The position numbers and the translations under genes were made by a program. 64,000 bases of DNA from Balanoglossus misakiensis. Taxonomy: Eukaryota > Animalia > Hemichordata. This document shows, one piece after another, positions 36,689 through 50,510 of the stretch. Where the stretch lies: positions 2,836,303 through 2,900,302 of the forward strand of contig CM082582.2 in NCBI GenBank assembly GCA_040954595.2, written 5' to 3'. Positions within the stretch are counted from its first letter, which is position 1; every line of letters begins with the position of its first letter. Under the pieces are notes generated by a model. It saw nothing but the letters and a program-made list of their open reading frames with translations. It was not told the origin of the DNA and ran no database searches.

Positions 36689-39600
36689 GCTTTCCCTACC
36701 ATACATCACATTCTTTTACAATGACTCTGCAGGCGCATTGCTAGGATTTCAATGTTTTCAGCCACTATTAGAGTGGTGAATAGTTTCAGTTTTGTTACCC
36801 ACACGAACTCGTTGGACATTAGAATTTAAGATAGTTTCTTCAAAAATATTTTAGAAGTCTTTTTCATCAAACGTGCACATCAGACGACTTTGATATTTGG
36901 TACTCAGACACAGGAATGACAGTAATAAGATTTTTTAAAAGTGTGCTTAAAATATGTACATTTGTGTTTTGGGGCAGTTTGTTCATTAATTCATTTGAAC
37001 TCTCCTCCAAAAAAATGCACATTGGACAGCTTTGATATTAGGTATTCAAAAGCCCAGGAATGACAGTGAATAGAGTTTTTTTCAGTGTGCTTAAAATATG
37101 CAAATTTGTGTTTTAAGGCTGTTTGCTCAGTTCTTTTGAAATCTTCCTAAAATACTGCACATCAGATGGCTTTGATATTAGGTATTCAGAAGCCTAGGGA
37201 TAACAGTAAATAGGTTTTTTTAAGTGTCCTTTAAAAGTAACAATTTGTGTTTTAAAGCAGTTTGTTCAGAAATTCTTTTCAAATCTTCCTAAAATACTGT
37301 ACATGGGATGGCTTTGATATTTGGCATTCAGAAACCCAGGGATAACAGTAATCAGATTGTTTTTATTAAATGTGCTTAAAATATGCAAAGTTATGTTTTA
37401 AGGCATTTTTTGTCAAGTTCACTTTTCTATCAGAGTACTCCTAATAGCTTTAAAATTTACTATGCACATTTTTCGGGATGTGAGATGAATCATTTGATCG
37501 AGGTGTAGGAAAACCCACAAATTTGTATTTGGGGGGGGGGGGAGACCATTTTCAGCAATATTTCTAATACGAGCTACACTTATATAGCTGGCATAAAATA
37601 TGTGGTGTGTACGTCTTCCAGACCATTCTCATCCATAGTAAGTTCTAAGACAATTGTTGCTTTTTTAAAATTTGTTTACTTTGTTCCTGTTCTTGTGTCT
37701 GTTAAAATTAACGCAACTTCACACTTTGTATCCACACCAATGTGAGCTTTTACCTACCAGATATCTGATTTTGTTGCCAATGTAGGACACATTCATTTTC
37801 TTACCAGATGTTTGAATTATTACAACCACTAGTGTAGAACAGCGATATTTTCTACATCTGTTTTGCTACACATACCAATGCAGGTTTATAGCACAATTCA
37901 GCATCGATATATTGCAAAAAAACTTGAGAACTGCTGTAGTTTCATTCAAATGAAGGTGACATTGCCCAAATTATACTAAGCTCAAATGTGGAAAATTCAC
38001 TCCAGAACTGCTGTTCGGATTGCTTTGAAAATTGGTATGCAGTACCTTGAGTAGACCACCTGTTGTGAAGAGATCTTTAGTTTTCTATTTTTTGGTGTTT
38101 TATCCCTATTTGGGGAAATTGTTAGTTCTGATCAATAAAACTTCTCTAAAAGTATTTGTCTGCTGTGTCTGAAATTTGGTGTTAAAGTCCCTATGGGTGT
38201 TATGTGTTACGAAACCTCAAATTGGTGTTTTAGGAAATTTTCTCATTAAACTTGAATGACCTACACTAACCCTGGGTATGATGCAAGACCATAATGAAAG
38301 CAGAGGACAATTTTTCTCACATTTCGTATCAATCTGTAGTGAAATTTTATCAAGAAAACAAATCTGACGTTAATCTTTTTTGTTCAGGAACTGGTATAAG
38401 ACTCCTTTTTTACTATTCCATGTTGGATATTAGATCTCATCCATAGCTCTACACATTTTATTTAAAATGCAAACGATACAAAGCTCAACCTGCAACCTCG
38501 AATATGTAAGAGCGCCCTCAACAGCAATGGTTAGCCCACTGACTTCATCCTCTCTTCTATTAACACACGAGGGCACACCTGTTGCATCACAACCACCTCA
38601 ATTTCCAATACTCCTTGCCAAGTTAAGGGACCATGTCAAAGGATTCAGGTCTGATAAAAATCTTACTTCTTGAAGTTTAGGGGGTGGGGGTTTTGACCCA
38701 AAAAAGTGTTCCATCGAACAAAATAGTTGAGTAAGTCGAGAATTCTTTACATTGCATATTCTTATTCTATAAGCAGAAAAATCAATCAAGACCTGATGTA
38801 AACTCAGAATTGAAAAGAAATGTTTTCATTCAAATATTGTCGAAATATCAATATGTGTGATAGTGTACTTTTCTATCCTGGTTATGGTTTAAATATGGAG
38901 TTGTCACAATAATGAAATAATAAGAGGCACTGAACAGTATTCAACAATTAGGTTACAAGGGGGAGTGCAGGGGTTTCAAGCTAAACTTATTTTTTGTTAT
39001 TTGACATCGTCCCTAACCCCTTACAAAAATTGACAAGGCAACAATTCCACAAACATGTTTACATTTCACAATGGTGCAACACACAACCCTTACACCATAT
39101 ACACTATAAACCAACATGGTTTAACACTGGTTTTTCTTATCTTGTTATTCTGTCAACCAATCACAGTACTGCACGTGAGCATATTCAGTTAATATCTGGT
39201 TTTGAGTGTTTGGTGGGGTCAACCTTTGCGTCAAAATTAACCAGAGCACACAGTAACCAGGCCAGAGTGGACAGTATGCTGCCCATTAATTTTGAGTGTT
39301 TGGTGGGGTCAACCTGTGCGTCAACATTAACCAGAGCACACAGTAACCAGGCCAGAGTGGACAGTATGCTGCCCATTAATTTTGAGTGATTGGTGGGGTC
39401 AACCTTTGCGTCAACATTAACCAGAGCACACAGTAACCAGGCCAGAGTGGACAGTATGTTGCCCATTAATTTTGAGTGTTTGGTCGGGACAACCTGTGCG
39501 TCAACATTAACCAGAGCACACAGTAACCAGGCAAGAGTGGACAGTATGCTGCCCATTTATTTTGAGTGTTTGGTGGGGTCAACCTTTGCGTCAACATTAA

Positions 39601-40422
39601 CCAGAGCACACAGTAACCAGGCCAGAGTGTACAGTATGCTGCCCATTAATTTTGAGTGTTTGGTGGGGTCAACCTTTGCGTCAACATTAACCAGGGCACA
39701 CAGTAACCAGGCCAGAGTGGACAGTATGCTGCACATTAATTTTGAGTGTTTGGTGGGGTCAACCTTTGCGTCAACATTAACCAGAGCACACAGTAACCAG
39801 GCCATAGTGGACAGTATGTTGCCCATTAATTTTGAGTGTTTTGTGGGGTCAACCTTTGTGTCAACATTAACCAGAGCACACAGTAACCAGGCCAGAGTGG
39901 ACAGTATGCTGCCCATTAATTTTGAGTGTTTGGTGGGGTCAACCTTTGTGTCAACATTAACCAGAGCACACAGTAACAAGGCCAGAGTGGACAGTATGCT
40001 GCCCATTAATTTTGAGTGTTTAGTGGGGTCAACCTTTGCGTCAACATTATCCAGGGCACACAGTAACCAGGCAAGAGTGGACAGTATGCTGCCAATTTAT
40101 TTTGAGTGTTTAGTGGGGTCAACCTGTTTGTCAACATTAACCACAGCACACAATAACCAGGCCAGAGTGGACAGTATGCTGCCCATTAATTTTGAGTGTT
40201 TGGTGGGGTCAACCTGTGCGTCAACATTAACCAGAGCACACAGTAACCAGACAAGAGTGGACAGTATGCTGCCCATTTATTTTGAGTGTTTGGTGGGGTC
40301 AACCTTTGCGTCAACATTAACCAGAGCACACAGTAACCAGGCCAGAGTGGACAGTATGCTGCCCATTAATTTTGAGTGTTTGGTGGGGTCAACCTTTGCG
40401 TCAACATTAACCAGAGCACACA

Positions 40423-43219
40423 CAGTGGTCGCGCTTACATTTTCTCTCCAGCGTCCCCTGGGACGCATTGAAACTAAAACTTGCGTCCAACCCTCTTTTG
40501 AATGCGTCTTACCTAATTTGCATATTTCCAAGCGTTGTTTGCATGCCAATAAAGTCACGTTCCACCAGTTATTGGGTCATGTGTAAACGAACAGATTTAT
40601 ATGTAACAATTTGAACGGTTAATAACTTCGAACAGACAAAATTTAACACTGAACGGATAACTGTTAATAAATTTGCTGTCTTGACAGTTTGATCACAGCG
40701 TTTACTTCTTCCGCTGTTTTTCATTGAATATTGCCACAGCTTGGTCAATATCAAAGTCACCTAGTGCTGGACCATGAATGCTTATCAGCATTAGATCGTC
40801 AACGTGGCGGTCAGACAGACGACTGCGTTTCGCGCACTTGATACGGTTCTGAGTACTGAAGCCCCTTTCGCACGGTACACTTGACACCGGTACAACCAGA
40901 GCGATCGACGCGAGGACGGAATAATCCGGAAATATATCGGCGTAATCGGTGATAATGACTCGGCACGCGTCTTCGAAAAAACAAACTCCGTGTCCTGTTA
41001 GTGTCCGTTTGACCGCGAGAAACTGATCGCGTAGACGGTCGCTATTTACAAGCGGTCGCACCTCGTTCTATTCAGCATCCTGTTTCACCTCGCCGTAAAA
41101 TGCTGCCAATCGGTCAATCTGCTCGATCGCGTAATCGCGGAGGCGTTCGTCGTCATCTGGGTACTGACTCACGTTAAAAACGCGATCCAGACAGTTCAGT
41201 ATATCTAACGCGTCATCTGGAAATCGTTCTTCCAGGCTTGCTATCAGATGTTCGATGAACGACACTCTGACCCGGTTGTACGCAGTCACGTTTGCAGCAC
41301 CGGCGTATGTGAGTTGAATTCCGCGAAAAGTGCCATTATTCTCCTCGAATTCCTGTTGAAACTGCCTTTCACTATTTCCGGACATTGGTCGCGGGAGAAA
41401 ATCACGAAGTGTCGATATTGTAGTATTTACCATCGGCTTTATTCGCGACAGATTGACATCCTCCCGCTGAAACACCAAGTTTAGCCTATCTATAACCGGT
41501 AGAACGTCGGTGAGAGTGTAGGTCATTGCAACGAATGAATATGGTTTGATCAATCGCAACAAACCATCAGCGGTAGGATTTTTTCTCGCGTCTTCATCGA
41601 GCTCTAAAACCAATGCTGGCCAATTACTTTCTATCGACTTGACAGCTCGCGACAGGGACAGCCATCTCACTGAACAGGGTTGTTTAAGACTGAGGAAATC
41701 ACTTGTTTCAAGGGCTTTGTTCAGTTCACGAAGTCGTTCGAACGACTGGCGGAGTATTCGAAGTAGTTATAGATAGAATTGACCGTATTTCTGTATTTGC
41801 TGACCTGGTCGACGCCTTTAGCAGCATCTGACGATACAAGCGCGACTCTGTGGGCGGCACAGTGTACGTGTATGAGAAACGGGTTTACGCGTTTTAGCCG
41901 TACGCCTACACCGTTGTGATGGCCAGTCATAACCGACGCTCCGTCTGATCCCAGTCCGACAACTTTGTACTTAGATATGTTTTTCTGCTCAAGTTGCCGC
42001 AGTATTGCTTCGGTAACAGTCTCGGCGTTTCCCGCAGGAATGGTGACATTTCCAGAAAAAATGGTCTTACTTGAACCATTTTTTACGATCCTGATAAATA
42101 TGATGAGCTTTTTATTTACTGTTATGTTAACGGTTTCGTCAACGATGACAGAAATGACTGGGCTATCGGCAATTTCCGCACCAAGTTGCGTCTCCAAAAC
42201 TTTCGCGATCGCGATCTGCATTTCTCTGACACTGTCGTGGTGTTGGTACTGTGCATACGCGGGCGGCATCCGACAACCGTTTTCGCGCTGTAACTCCAGA
42301 ATGGACGAAAACATATCATCGGGCAATTCTTTCTTTGCCATGAAATAAACTGTCCGAATCATCAATGCATGCGAATCTTTTCTCTTCTCTTGGCCTTTTT
42401 CGATTTGTTTTTCCATTCGCGACTTCAGAGACCTATGTCTTACTGCTTCAATGTGGTCTCTATTTGAAGAATGGCGAAGTAAGGCTGAGCGTTGTAAATC
42501 CCCGCACCCGTTCGAAGTAGTAAAAGGATTGACCTTGCCGCTACCCGTGCAAAGGGAACAAAACATTCTGTCTACGCTGTTTCCATCAACGGAAACTCCT
42601 TTTCCCATTCTAACCTGTACTTTCTCTTCTTCGATTTTGCTGTTTTACTGCTAGTGCTATCAGGATTGTCATTGTCGCCTGCGCCGGTACTGGTACCCGG
42701 GCCCGGTGATGGAGTGAAACTGACTGCCTCATTGCCATCGGTGTGCTCTTCAGATATCGCGTTGTCATTTTCGATTCCTTGAGTTTTGGAACTCGACGTA
42801 AATTTGAATTGGAAAAGACTTGGCTGCTTGCGGGAACTCATGACACACGACAGCAATTTTTACGATCAACTAACTTACAAAATGGCGACAAACCAACCGT
42901 TCCTATGATTTCAAATGTAGCAAAACTACCAATGAGAAACGTCAAGCGCACTTATAAAATGCAACATTTTAGTCAATTTACTCAGACCTATCAGGTATCA
43001 AGTGCGCAAACGCCCGCCATGCGCGTGCCACGCCACGCTGCGTTCCCTTTTGTGTTTATATTTAGAAACATGGCATAATGTTCAAAGGTCAAAAGGACAA
43101 TATTGTTTCAAGCGCGCTGTGATAATGCGTCCCCAGGGACGCTGGTCAAAGAAATATTGCGTCCTTAGTGTTTCTGATTACGTCAAATACGCAGGATTTA
43201 TGCGTAAGCGCGACCACTG
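40423..43219 (-). mobile_element. Full-length hAT DNA transposon (hAT5-like, 5-bp TSD)
   Basis: 16-bp perfect TIR cagtggtcgcgcttac / gtaagcgcgaccactg; TSD acaca (40418-40422 and 43220-43224); subterminal gcgtccc..gggacgc palindromes at both ends. Confidence 0.93.
40702..42841 (-). pseudogene. hAT transposase (ZNF862-like), two frameshifts and one nonsense codon
   Basis: TTF-like Zn finger (W..EFP..MFCSLC..LLRH....H), IVDET, GSDGASVMTG, HCAAHR, RWLS and C-terminal dimerisation motif PVSSVPCERGFS. Confidence 0.92.
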
Positions 43220-46200
43220 ACACAGTAACCAGGCCAGAGTGTACAGTATGCTGCCCATTAATTTTGAGTGTTTGGTGGGGTCAACCTTTGCGTCAACATT
43301 AACCAGGGCACACAGTAACCAGGCCAGAGTGGACAGTATGCTGCCCATTAATTTTGAGTGTTTGGTGGGGTCAACCTTTGCGTCAACATTAACCAGAGCA
43401 CACAGTAACCAGGCCAGAGTGGACAGTATGTTGCCCATTAATTTTGAGTGTTTTGTGGGGTCAACCTTTGTGTCAACATTAACCAGAGCACACAGTAACC
43501 AGGCCAGAGTGGACAGTATGCTGCCCATTAATTTTGAGTGTTTGGTGGGGTCAACCTGTGCGTCAACATTAACCAGAGCACACAGTAACCAGGCCAGAGT
43601 GGACAGTATTCTGCCCATTAATTTTGAATGTTTAGTAGGGTCATTCTGTGTGTCAACATTAACCAGAGCACACAGTAACCAGGCCAGAGTGGACAGTATG
43701 CTGCCCATTAATTTTGAGTGTTTGGTGGGGTTAACCTGTGCGTCAACATTAACCACAGCACACAGTAACCAGGTCAGAGTGGACAGTATGCTGCCCATTA
43801 ATTTTGAGTGTTTGGTGGGGTCAACCCGTGCGTCAACATAAACCAGAGCACACAGTAACCAGGCCAGAGTGGACAGTATGCTGCCCATTTATTTTGAGTG
43901 TTTGGTGGGGTCAACCTGTGCGTCAACATTAACCAGAGTACACAGTAACCAGGCCAGAGTGGACAGTATGCTGCCCATAAATTTTGAGTGTTTGGTGGGG
44001 TCAACCTTTGCGTCAACATTAACCAGAGCACACAGTAACCAGGCCAGAGTGTACAGTACGCTGCCCATTAATTTTGAGTGTTTGGTGGGGTCAACCTTTG
44101 CGTCAACATTAACCAGGCCAGACAGTAATCAGGCCACAGGCCAGAGTGGACAGTATGTTGCCCATTAATTTTGAGTATTTGGTGGGGTCAACCTGTGTGT
44201 CAACATTAACAAGAGCACACAGTAACCAGGCCAGAGTGGACAGTATGCTGCCCATTAATTTTGAGTGTTTGGTGGGGTCAACCTGTGCGTCAACATTAAC
44301 CAGAGCACACAGTAACCAGGCCAGAGTGGACAGTGTGCTCCCCATTAATTTTGAGTGTTTGGTGGGGTCAACCTTTATGTCAACATTAACCAGAGCACAC
44401 AGTAACCAGGCCAGAGTGGACAGTATGCTGCCCATTAATTTTTAGTATTTGGTTGGGTCAACCTTTGTTTCAACATTAACCAGAGCACACAGTAACCAGG
44501 CCAGAGTCTACAGTATGCTGCCCATTAATTGTGAGTGTTTGGTGGGGTCAACCTTTCCGTCAACATTAACCAGAGCACACAGTAACCAGGCAAGAGTGGA
44601 CAGTATGCTACCCATTAATTTTGAATGTTTAGTAGGGTCATTCTGTGTGTCAACATTAACCACAGCACACAGTAACCAGGCCAGAGTGGACAGTATGCTG
44701 CCCATTAATTTCGAGTGTTTGGTGGGGTCAACCGTTGCGTCAACATTAACCAGGACAGACAGTAACCAGGCGGAGATTGGACAGTATTCTGCCCATTAAT
44801 TTCGAGTGTTTGGTGGGGTCAATCTTTGCATCAACATTAACCAGAGCACACAGTAACCAGGCCAGAGTGGACAGTATGTTGCCCATTAATTTTGAGTGTT
44901 TTGTGGGGTCAACCTTTGTGTCAACATTAACCACAGCACACAGTAACCTGGCCAGAGTGGACAGTATGCTGCCCATTAATTTTGAGTGTTTGATGGGGTC
45001 AACCTTTGCGTCAACATTAACCAGGGCACACAGTAACCAGGCCAGAGTGGACAGTATGCTGCCCATTAATTTTGAGTGTTTGGTGGGGTCAACCTTTGCG
45101 TCAACATTAACCAGAGCACACAGTAACCAGGCCAGAGTGGACAGTATGTTGCCCATTAATTTTGAGTGTTTTGTGGGGTCAACCTTTGTGTCAACATTAA
45201 CCAGAGCACACAGTAACCAGGCCAGAGTGGACAGTATGCTGCCCATTAATTTTGAGTGTTTGGTGGGGTCAACCTGTGCGTCAACATTAACCAGAGCACA
45301 CAGTAACCAGGCCAGAGTGGACAGTATTCTGCCCATTAATTTTGAATGTTTAGTAGGGTCATTCTGTGTGTCAACATTAACCAGAGCACACAGTAACCAG
45401 GCCAGAGTGGACAGTATGCTGCCCATTAATTTTGAGTGTTTGGTGGGGTTAACCTGTGCGTCAACATTAACCACAGCACACAGTAACCAGGTCAGAGTGG
45501 ACAGTATGCTGCCCATTAATTTTGAGTGTTTGGTGGGGTCAACCCGTGCGTTAACATAAACCAGAGCACACAGTAACCAGGCCATAGTGGACAGTATGCT
45601 GCCCATTAATTTTGAGTGTTTGGTGGGGTCAACCTGTGCGTCAACATTAACCAGAGTACACAGTAACCAGGCCAGAGTGGACAGTATGCTGCCCATAAAT
45701 TTTGAGTGTTTGGTGGGGTCAACCTTTGCGTCAACATTAACCAGAGCACACAGTAACCAGGCCAGAGTGTACAGTACGCTGCCCATTAATTTTGAGTGTT
45801 TGGTGGGGTCAACCTTTGCGTCAACATTAACCAGGCCAGACAGTAATCAGGCCACAGGCCAGAGTGGACAGTATGTTGCCCATTAATTTTGAGTATTTGG
45901 TGGGGTCAACCTGTGTGTCAACATTAACAAGAGCACACAGTAACCAGGCCAGAGTGGACAGTATGCTGCCCATTAATTTCGAGTGTTTGGTGGGGTCAAC
46001 CTTTGCATCAACATTAACCAGGCCAGACAGTAACCAGGCCAGAGTGGACAGTATGCTGCCCATTAATTTTGAGTGTTTGGTGGGGTCAACCTGTGCGTCA
46101 ACATTAACCAGAGCACACAGTAACCAGGCCAGAGTGGACAGTGTGCTGCCCATTAATTTTGAGTGTTTGGTGGGGTCAACCTTTATGTCAACATTAACCA

Positions 46201-49200
46201 GAGCACACAGTAACCAGGCCAGAGTGGACAGTATGCTGCCCATTAATTTTTAGTATTTGGTTGGGTCAACCTTTGCGTCAACATTAACCAGGCCAGACAG
46301 TAACCAGACCAGAGTGGACATTATTCTGTCCATTAATTTTGAGTGTTTGGTGGGGTCAACCTTTGCTTCAACATTAACCAGGCCAGACAGTAACCAGGCC
46401 AGAGTGGACAGTATCCTGTCCATTCATTTTGAGTGTTTGGTGGGGTCAACCTTTGCGTCAACATTAACCAGGCCAGACAGTAACCAGGCCAGAGTGGACA
46501 GTATCCTGTCCATTAATTTCGAGTGTTTGGTGGGCTCAACCTTTGCGACAACATTAACCAGACCAGACAGTATCCTGGCCAGAGTGGACAGTATCCTGTC
46601 CATTAATTTTGAGTGTCCGGTGGGGTCAACCTTGTGTCAACATTAACCAGACCAGACAGTAACCAGGCCAGAGTGGACAGTATTCTGCCCGTTAATTTCG
46701 AGTGTTTGGTGGGGTCAACCTTTGCGTCAACATTAACCAGACCAGACAGTATCCTGGCCAGAGTGGACAGTATTCTGCCCAATAATTTTGAGTGTCTGGT
46801 GGGGTCAACCTTTGCGTCAACATTAACCAGGCCAGACAGTATCCTGGCCAGAGTGGACAGTATCCTGTCCATTAATTTTGAGTGTCTGGTGGGGTCAACC
46901 TTTGCGTCAACATTAACCAGGCCAGACAGTATCCTGGCCAGAGTGGACAGTATCCTGTCCATTAATTTTGAGTGTCTGGTGGGGTCAACCTTTGCGTCAA
47001 CATTAATCAGACCAGACAGTATCCTGGCCAGAGTAGACAGTATTCTGCCCATTAATTTCGAGTGTTTGGTGGGGTCAACCTTTGCGTCAACATTAACCAG
47101 ACCAGACAGTATCCTGGCCAGAGTGGACAGTATCCTGCCCATTAATTTTGAGTGTCTGGTGGGGTCAACCTTTGCGTCAACATTAACCAGACCAGACAGT
47201 ATCCTGGCCAGAGTGGACACTATCCTGCCCATTAATTTTGAGTGTCTGGTGGGGTCAACCTTTGCGTCAACATTAACAAGGCCAGACAGTAACAAGGCCA
47301 GAGTGGACAGTATCCTGTCCATTAATTTCGAGTGTTTGGTGGGGTCAACCTTTGCGTCAACATTAACCAGGCCTGAAAGTAACCAGGCGGAGAGTGGACA
47401 GTATCCTGCCCATTAATTTCGAGTGTTTGGTGGGCTCAACCTTTGCGTCAACTTTAACCAGACCAGACAGTATCCTGGCCAGAGTGGACAGTATCCTGTC
47501 CATTAATTTTGAGTGTCTGGTGGGGTCAACCTTGTGTCAACATTAACCAGACCAGACAGTAACCAGGCCAGAGTGGACAGTATTCTGCCCATTAATTTCG
47601 AGTGTTTGGTGGGGTCAACCTTTGCGTCAACATTAACCAGGCCAGACAGTAACCAGGCCAGAGTGGACAGTATCCTGTCCATTAATTTTGAGTGTCTGGT
47701 GGGGTCAACCTTTGCGTCAACATTAACCAGGCCAGACAGTATCCTGGCCAGAGTGGACAGTATCCTGTCCATTAATTTTGAGTGTCTGGAGGGGTCAACC
47801 TCTGCGTCAACATTAACCAGGCCAGACAGTATCCAGGCCAGAGTGGACAGTATCCTGTCCATTAATTTTGAGTGTCTGGTGGGGTCAACCTTTGCGTCAA
47901 CATTAACCAGACCAGACAGTATCCTGGCCAGAGTGGACAGTATTCTGCCCATTAATTTTGAGTGTCTGGTGGTGTCAACCTTTGCGTCAACATTAACCAG
48001 GCCAGACAGTATCCTGGCCAGAGTGGACAGTATCCTGCCCATTAATTTTGAGTGTCTGGTGGGGTCAACCTTTGCGTCAACATTAACCAGGCCAGACAGT
48101 ATCCTGGCCAGAGTGGACAGTATCCTGTCCATTAATTTTGAGTGTCTGGTGGGGTCAACCTTTGCGTCAACATTAACCAGGCCAGATAGTAACCAGGCCA
48201 GAGTCGACAGTATCCTGTCCATTAATTTTGAGTGTCTGGTGGGGTCAACCTTTGCGTCAACATTAACCAGGCCAGATAGTAACCAGGCCAGAGTTGACAG
48301 TATCCTGTCCATTAATTTTGAGTGTCTGGTGGGGTCAACCTTTGCGTCAACATTAACCAGGCCAGATAGTAACCAGGCCAGAGTCGACAGTATCCTGTCC
48401 ATTAATTTTGAGTGTTTGGTGGGGTCAACCTTTGCGTCAACATTAACCAGGCCAGAGTGGACAGTATGCTGCCCATTAATTTCGAGTGTTTGGTGGGGTC
48501 AACCTTTGCGTCAACATTAACTAGGCCAGATAGTAACCAGGCCAGAGTGGACAGTATCCTGTCCATTAATTTTGAGTGTTTGGTGGACAACCTTTGCGTC
48601 AACATTAACCAGAGCACACTGTAACCAGGCCAGAGTGGACAGTATCCTGTCCATTAATTTTGAGTGTTTGGTGGGGTCAACCTTTGCGTCAACATTAACC
48701 AGGCCAGACAGTAACCAGGCCAGAGTGGACAGTATCCTGCCTATTAATTTTGAGTGATTTGTGGGTCAATTTGATCAAATACTGCCTACTGCTGGCGCTG
48801 CATATTTAAAGAAATGTGAAAACATGGCAAGACAGGTTTGGTAAGTGTGGGCCCCCTAACTGAAGCAAAAGCACAAACTGAAAACAAAGATATGAATTTG
48901 GAATAGTTTTATTTATTACATATGAAAAATAATGAAGACTTATGCTTCAAAGTAAGTATCGACGGAGTCGAACCGCCAATGCTGCAATGGCATTATACCC
49001 ATAATACTTTTTTGCTTTTTGCATGAATTTCATTATTTTTCATATGCTGTGCAGCTAAAGTGTGGCTAGATGGCTAACTGCTGATGTAAAATATCTTGCA
49101 TACCAATTTGGAACAATTACCCCAAGTAGTGGTCAAACAGAAACAATGCTTGCATTCAATTTAAAACAAGGTGACAAAAGTGGTTGAAATAAAACAATAA

Positions 49201-49712
49201 GCAAAAACAGTGTTTATCAAACTGAAATAATGTGGTCGAAATGAAACAATGAGCAAAAACAGTGTTTATCAAACTGAAATAATGTGCCAAAATAGCTCCT
49301 GTTGATATTGCACAAAATAAACTGTTGCATTCTACCCTTGAGTTAATTTTTATTTCTAGGCAATTATGTGTTAATACTAATTATTACTATTGGGTAAAAA
49401 CCATCAGTTTCTTAAGTGCAAATCGCAAGAAGCTCCCCCATACAATTTTAGTGTTTTTTTAAATCAAGCAAGATAATTACATTCTGTGTGATAAACTAAC
49501 TAACTTTACGCGCCTGGGGACAGTTAAAAACCTCGAGCCAAATATAAAATGAGGAAAAACTGCCCCCTCCCCCGTTGTGAATTTTAAAAGGTTGGGGCTC
49601 ACACTAACCAGAATTGTCTTGCCGACTCCTATTTTTCTGTGTACATTTTGATGTATTGTTGTTACGTGAGATTGAGGATTCGTGTTGATGCGGGAATTAC
49701 GATGACGAAAGC

Positions 49713-49910
49713 AAAAAATCCATCGGTGAATCAAACGGGCAAACGGCGAAATTCCATTACACGACGAGCGAACTGCGATGAAGAACGCGAACGCGGGTAA
49801 CGTTGTAAAAAAATTCCATCGGCGAATCAAACGGGCACACGGCGAAATTCCATTACACGACGAGCGACCTGCAATGAAGAACGCGAACGCGGGTAACGCT
49901 GCAAAAAATC
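49713..49910. repeat. ~96-bp direct duplication (GC-rich)
   Basis: ccatcgg(t/c)gaatcaaacgggc...gaagaacgcgaacgcgggtaacg occurs twice. Confidence 0.9.
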
Positions 49911-50330
49911 GGCAGACAAATTACACGAATGCATAGCAAAAATTATTTTACCCAACCTGACACTAATAAATTACCCAATGATTTTAAATTTCTTATTATT
50001 ACACCCCAATTAATCATCATACCTTTGTAATATTAACACCATTTATACACATCCCATAATGTTTATACCATCAAGTTAATACCATTTTATTATTATTATA
50101 CCACCAAAACCTTGTGTTACCCATTTTTTTATTATTACACCATTGATGTTTACACCCTTATATATTATACCGGTATTTACCCTCTGTACATGTACAGTTT
50201 TTATTTACCACGTGGCATTACCCTTGTTTTTATAGTATTTTAATTACTTATCATACCCTTGAAACCATAATATTATACCCATGCAGACAGTTTTGTTACA
50301 GTACCCTTGTGCACACTGTTTTATTAGTCA

Positions 50331-50510
50331 TCATACACCAACCCTTCACCATTCCATTACATTATACCATTTTTTATTAGCCTAACCTATTCATACACCA
50401 ACCCTTCACCATTCCGTTAGATTATACCATTTTTTATTACCCTAACATATTCATACACCAACCCTTTACCATTCCCTCAGATTAAACCATTTTTATTAAC
50501 CTAACCTATT
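50331..50510. repeat. 60-bp tandem repeat x3 within a G-poor, strand-skewed tract
   Basis: tcatacaccaaccctt(c/t)accattcc...ccatttttt at 50331, 50391 and 50451. Confidence 0.9.

Larger units (their letters stand above)
19129..39203 (+). mobile_element. Helentron (Helitron2-type rolling-circle transposon), ~20 kb
   Basis: 5' end in a T-run: tt-agctcacatg, short inverted copy cacgtgagct (19146), (GT/GTCT)n and DINE/HINE-like core tatctcaagaaccgctgaaccgatttcaaccaaa; internal Rep-helicase-endonuclease ORF; 3' subterminal repeat cacgtgagc plus small stem-loop and tttt at 39172-39203 (a similar terminus at 37740-37775). The 3' boundary is inferred. Confidence 0.78.
39200..48760. repeat. 90-bp satellite, roughly 75 units, two sequence subtypes
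   Basis: Unit ttttgagtgtttggtggggtcaacctttgcgtcaacattaaccagagcacacagtaaccaggccagagtggacagtatgctgcccattaa; switches to a ggccagacag..tatcctgtcc variant after ~46270. Confidence 0.98.

Noticed and set aside
39185-48757. Long 30-aa-repeat ORFs on both strands of the 90-bp satellite
   Set aside because: They follow from a stop-free 90-bp unit; sporadic stops and frameshifting indels occur on both strands, there is no start or splice context, and a transposon is tolerated inside
48955-48992. tRNA-like GGTTCGACTCC on the minus strand
   Set aside because: Isolated T-loop motif; no D arm, anticodon arm or acceptor stem could be built
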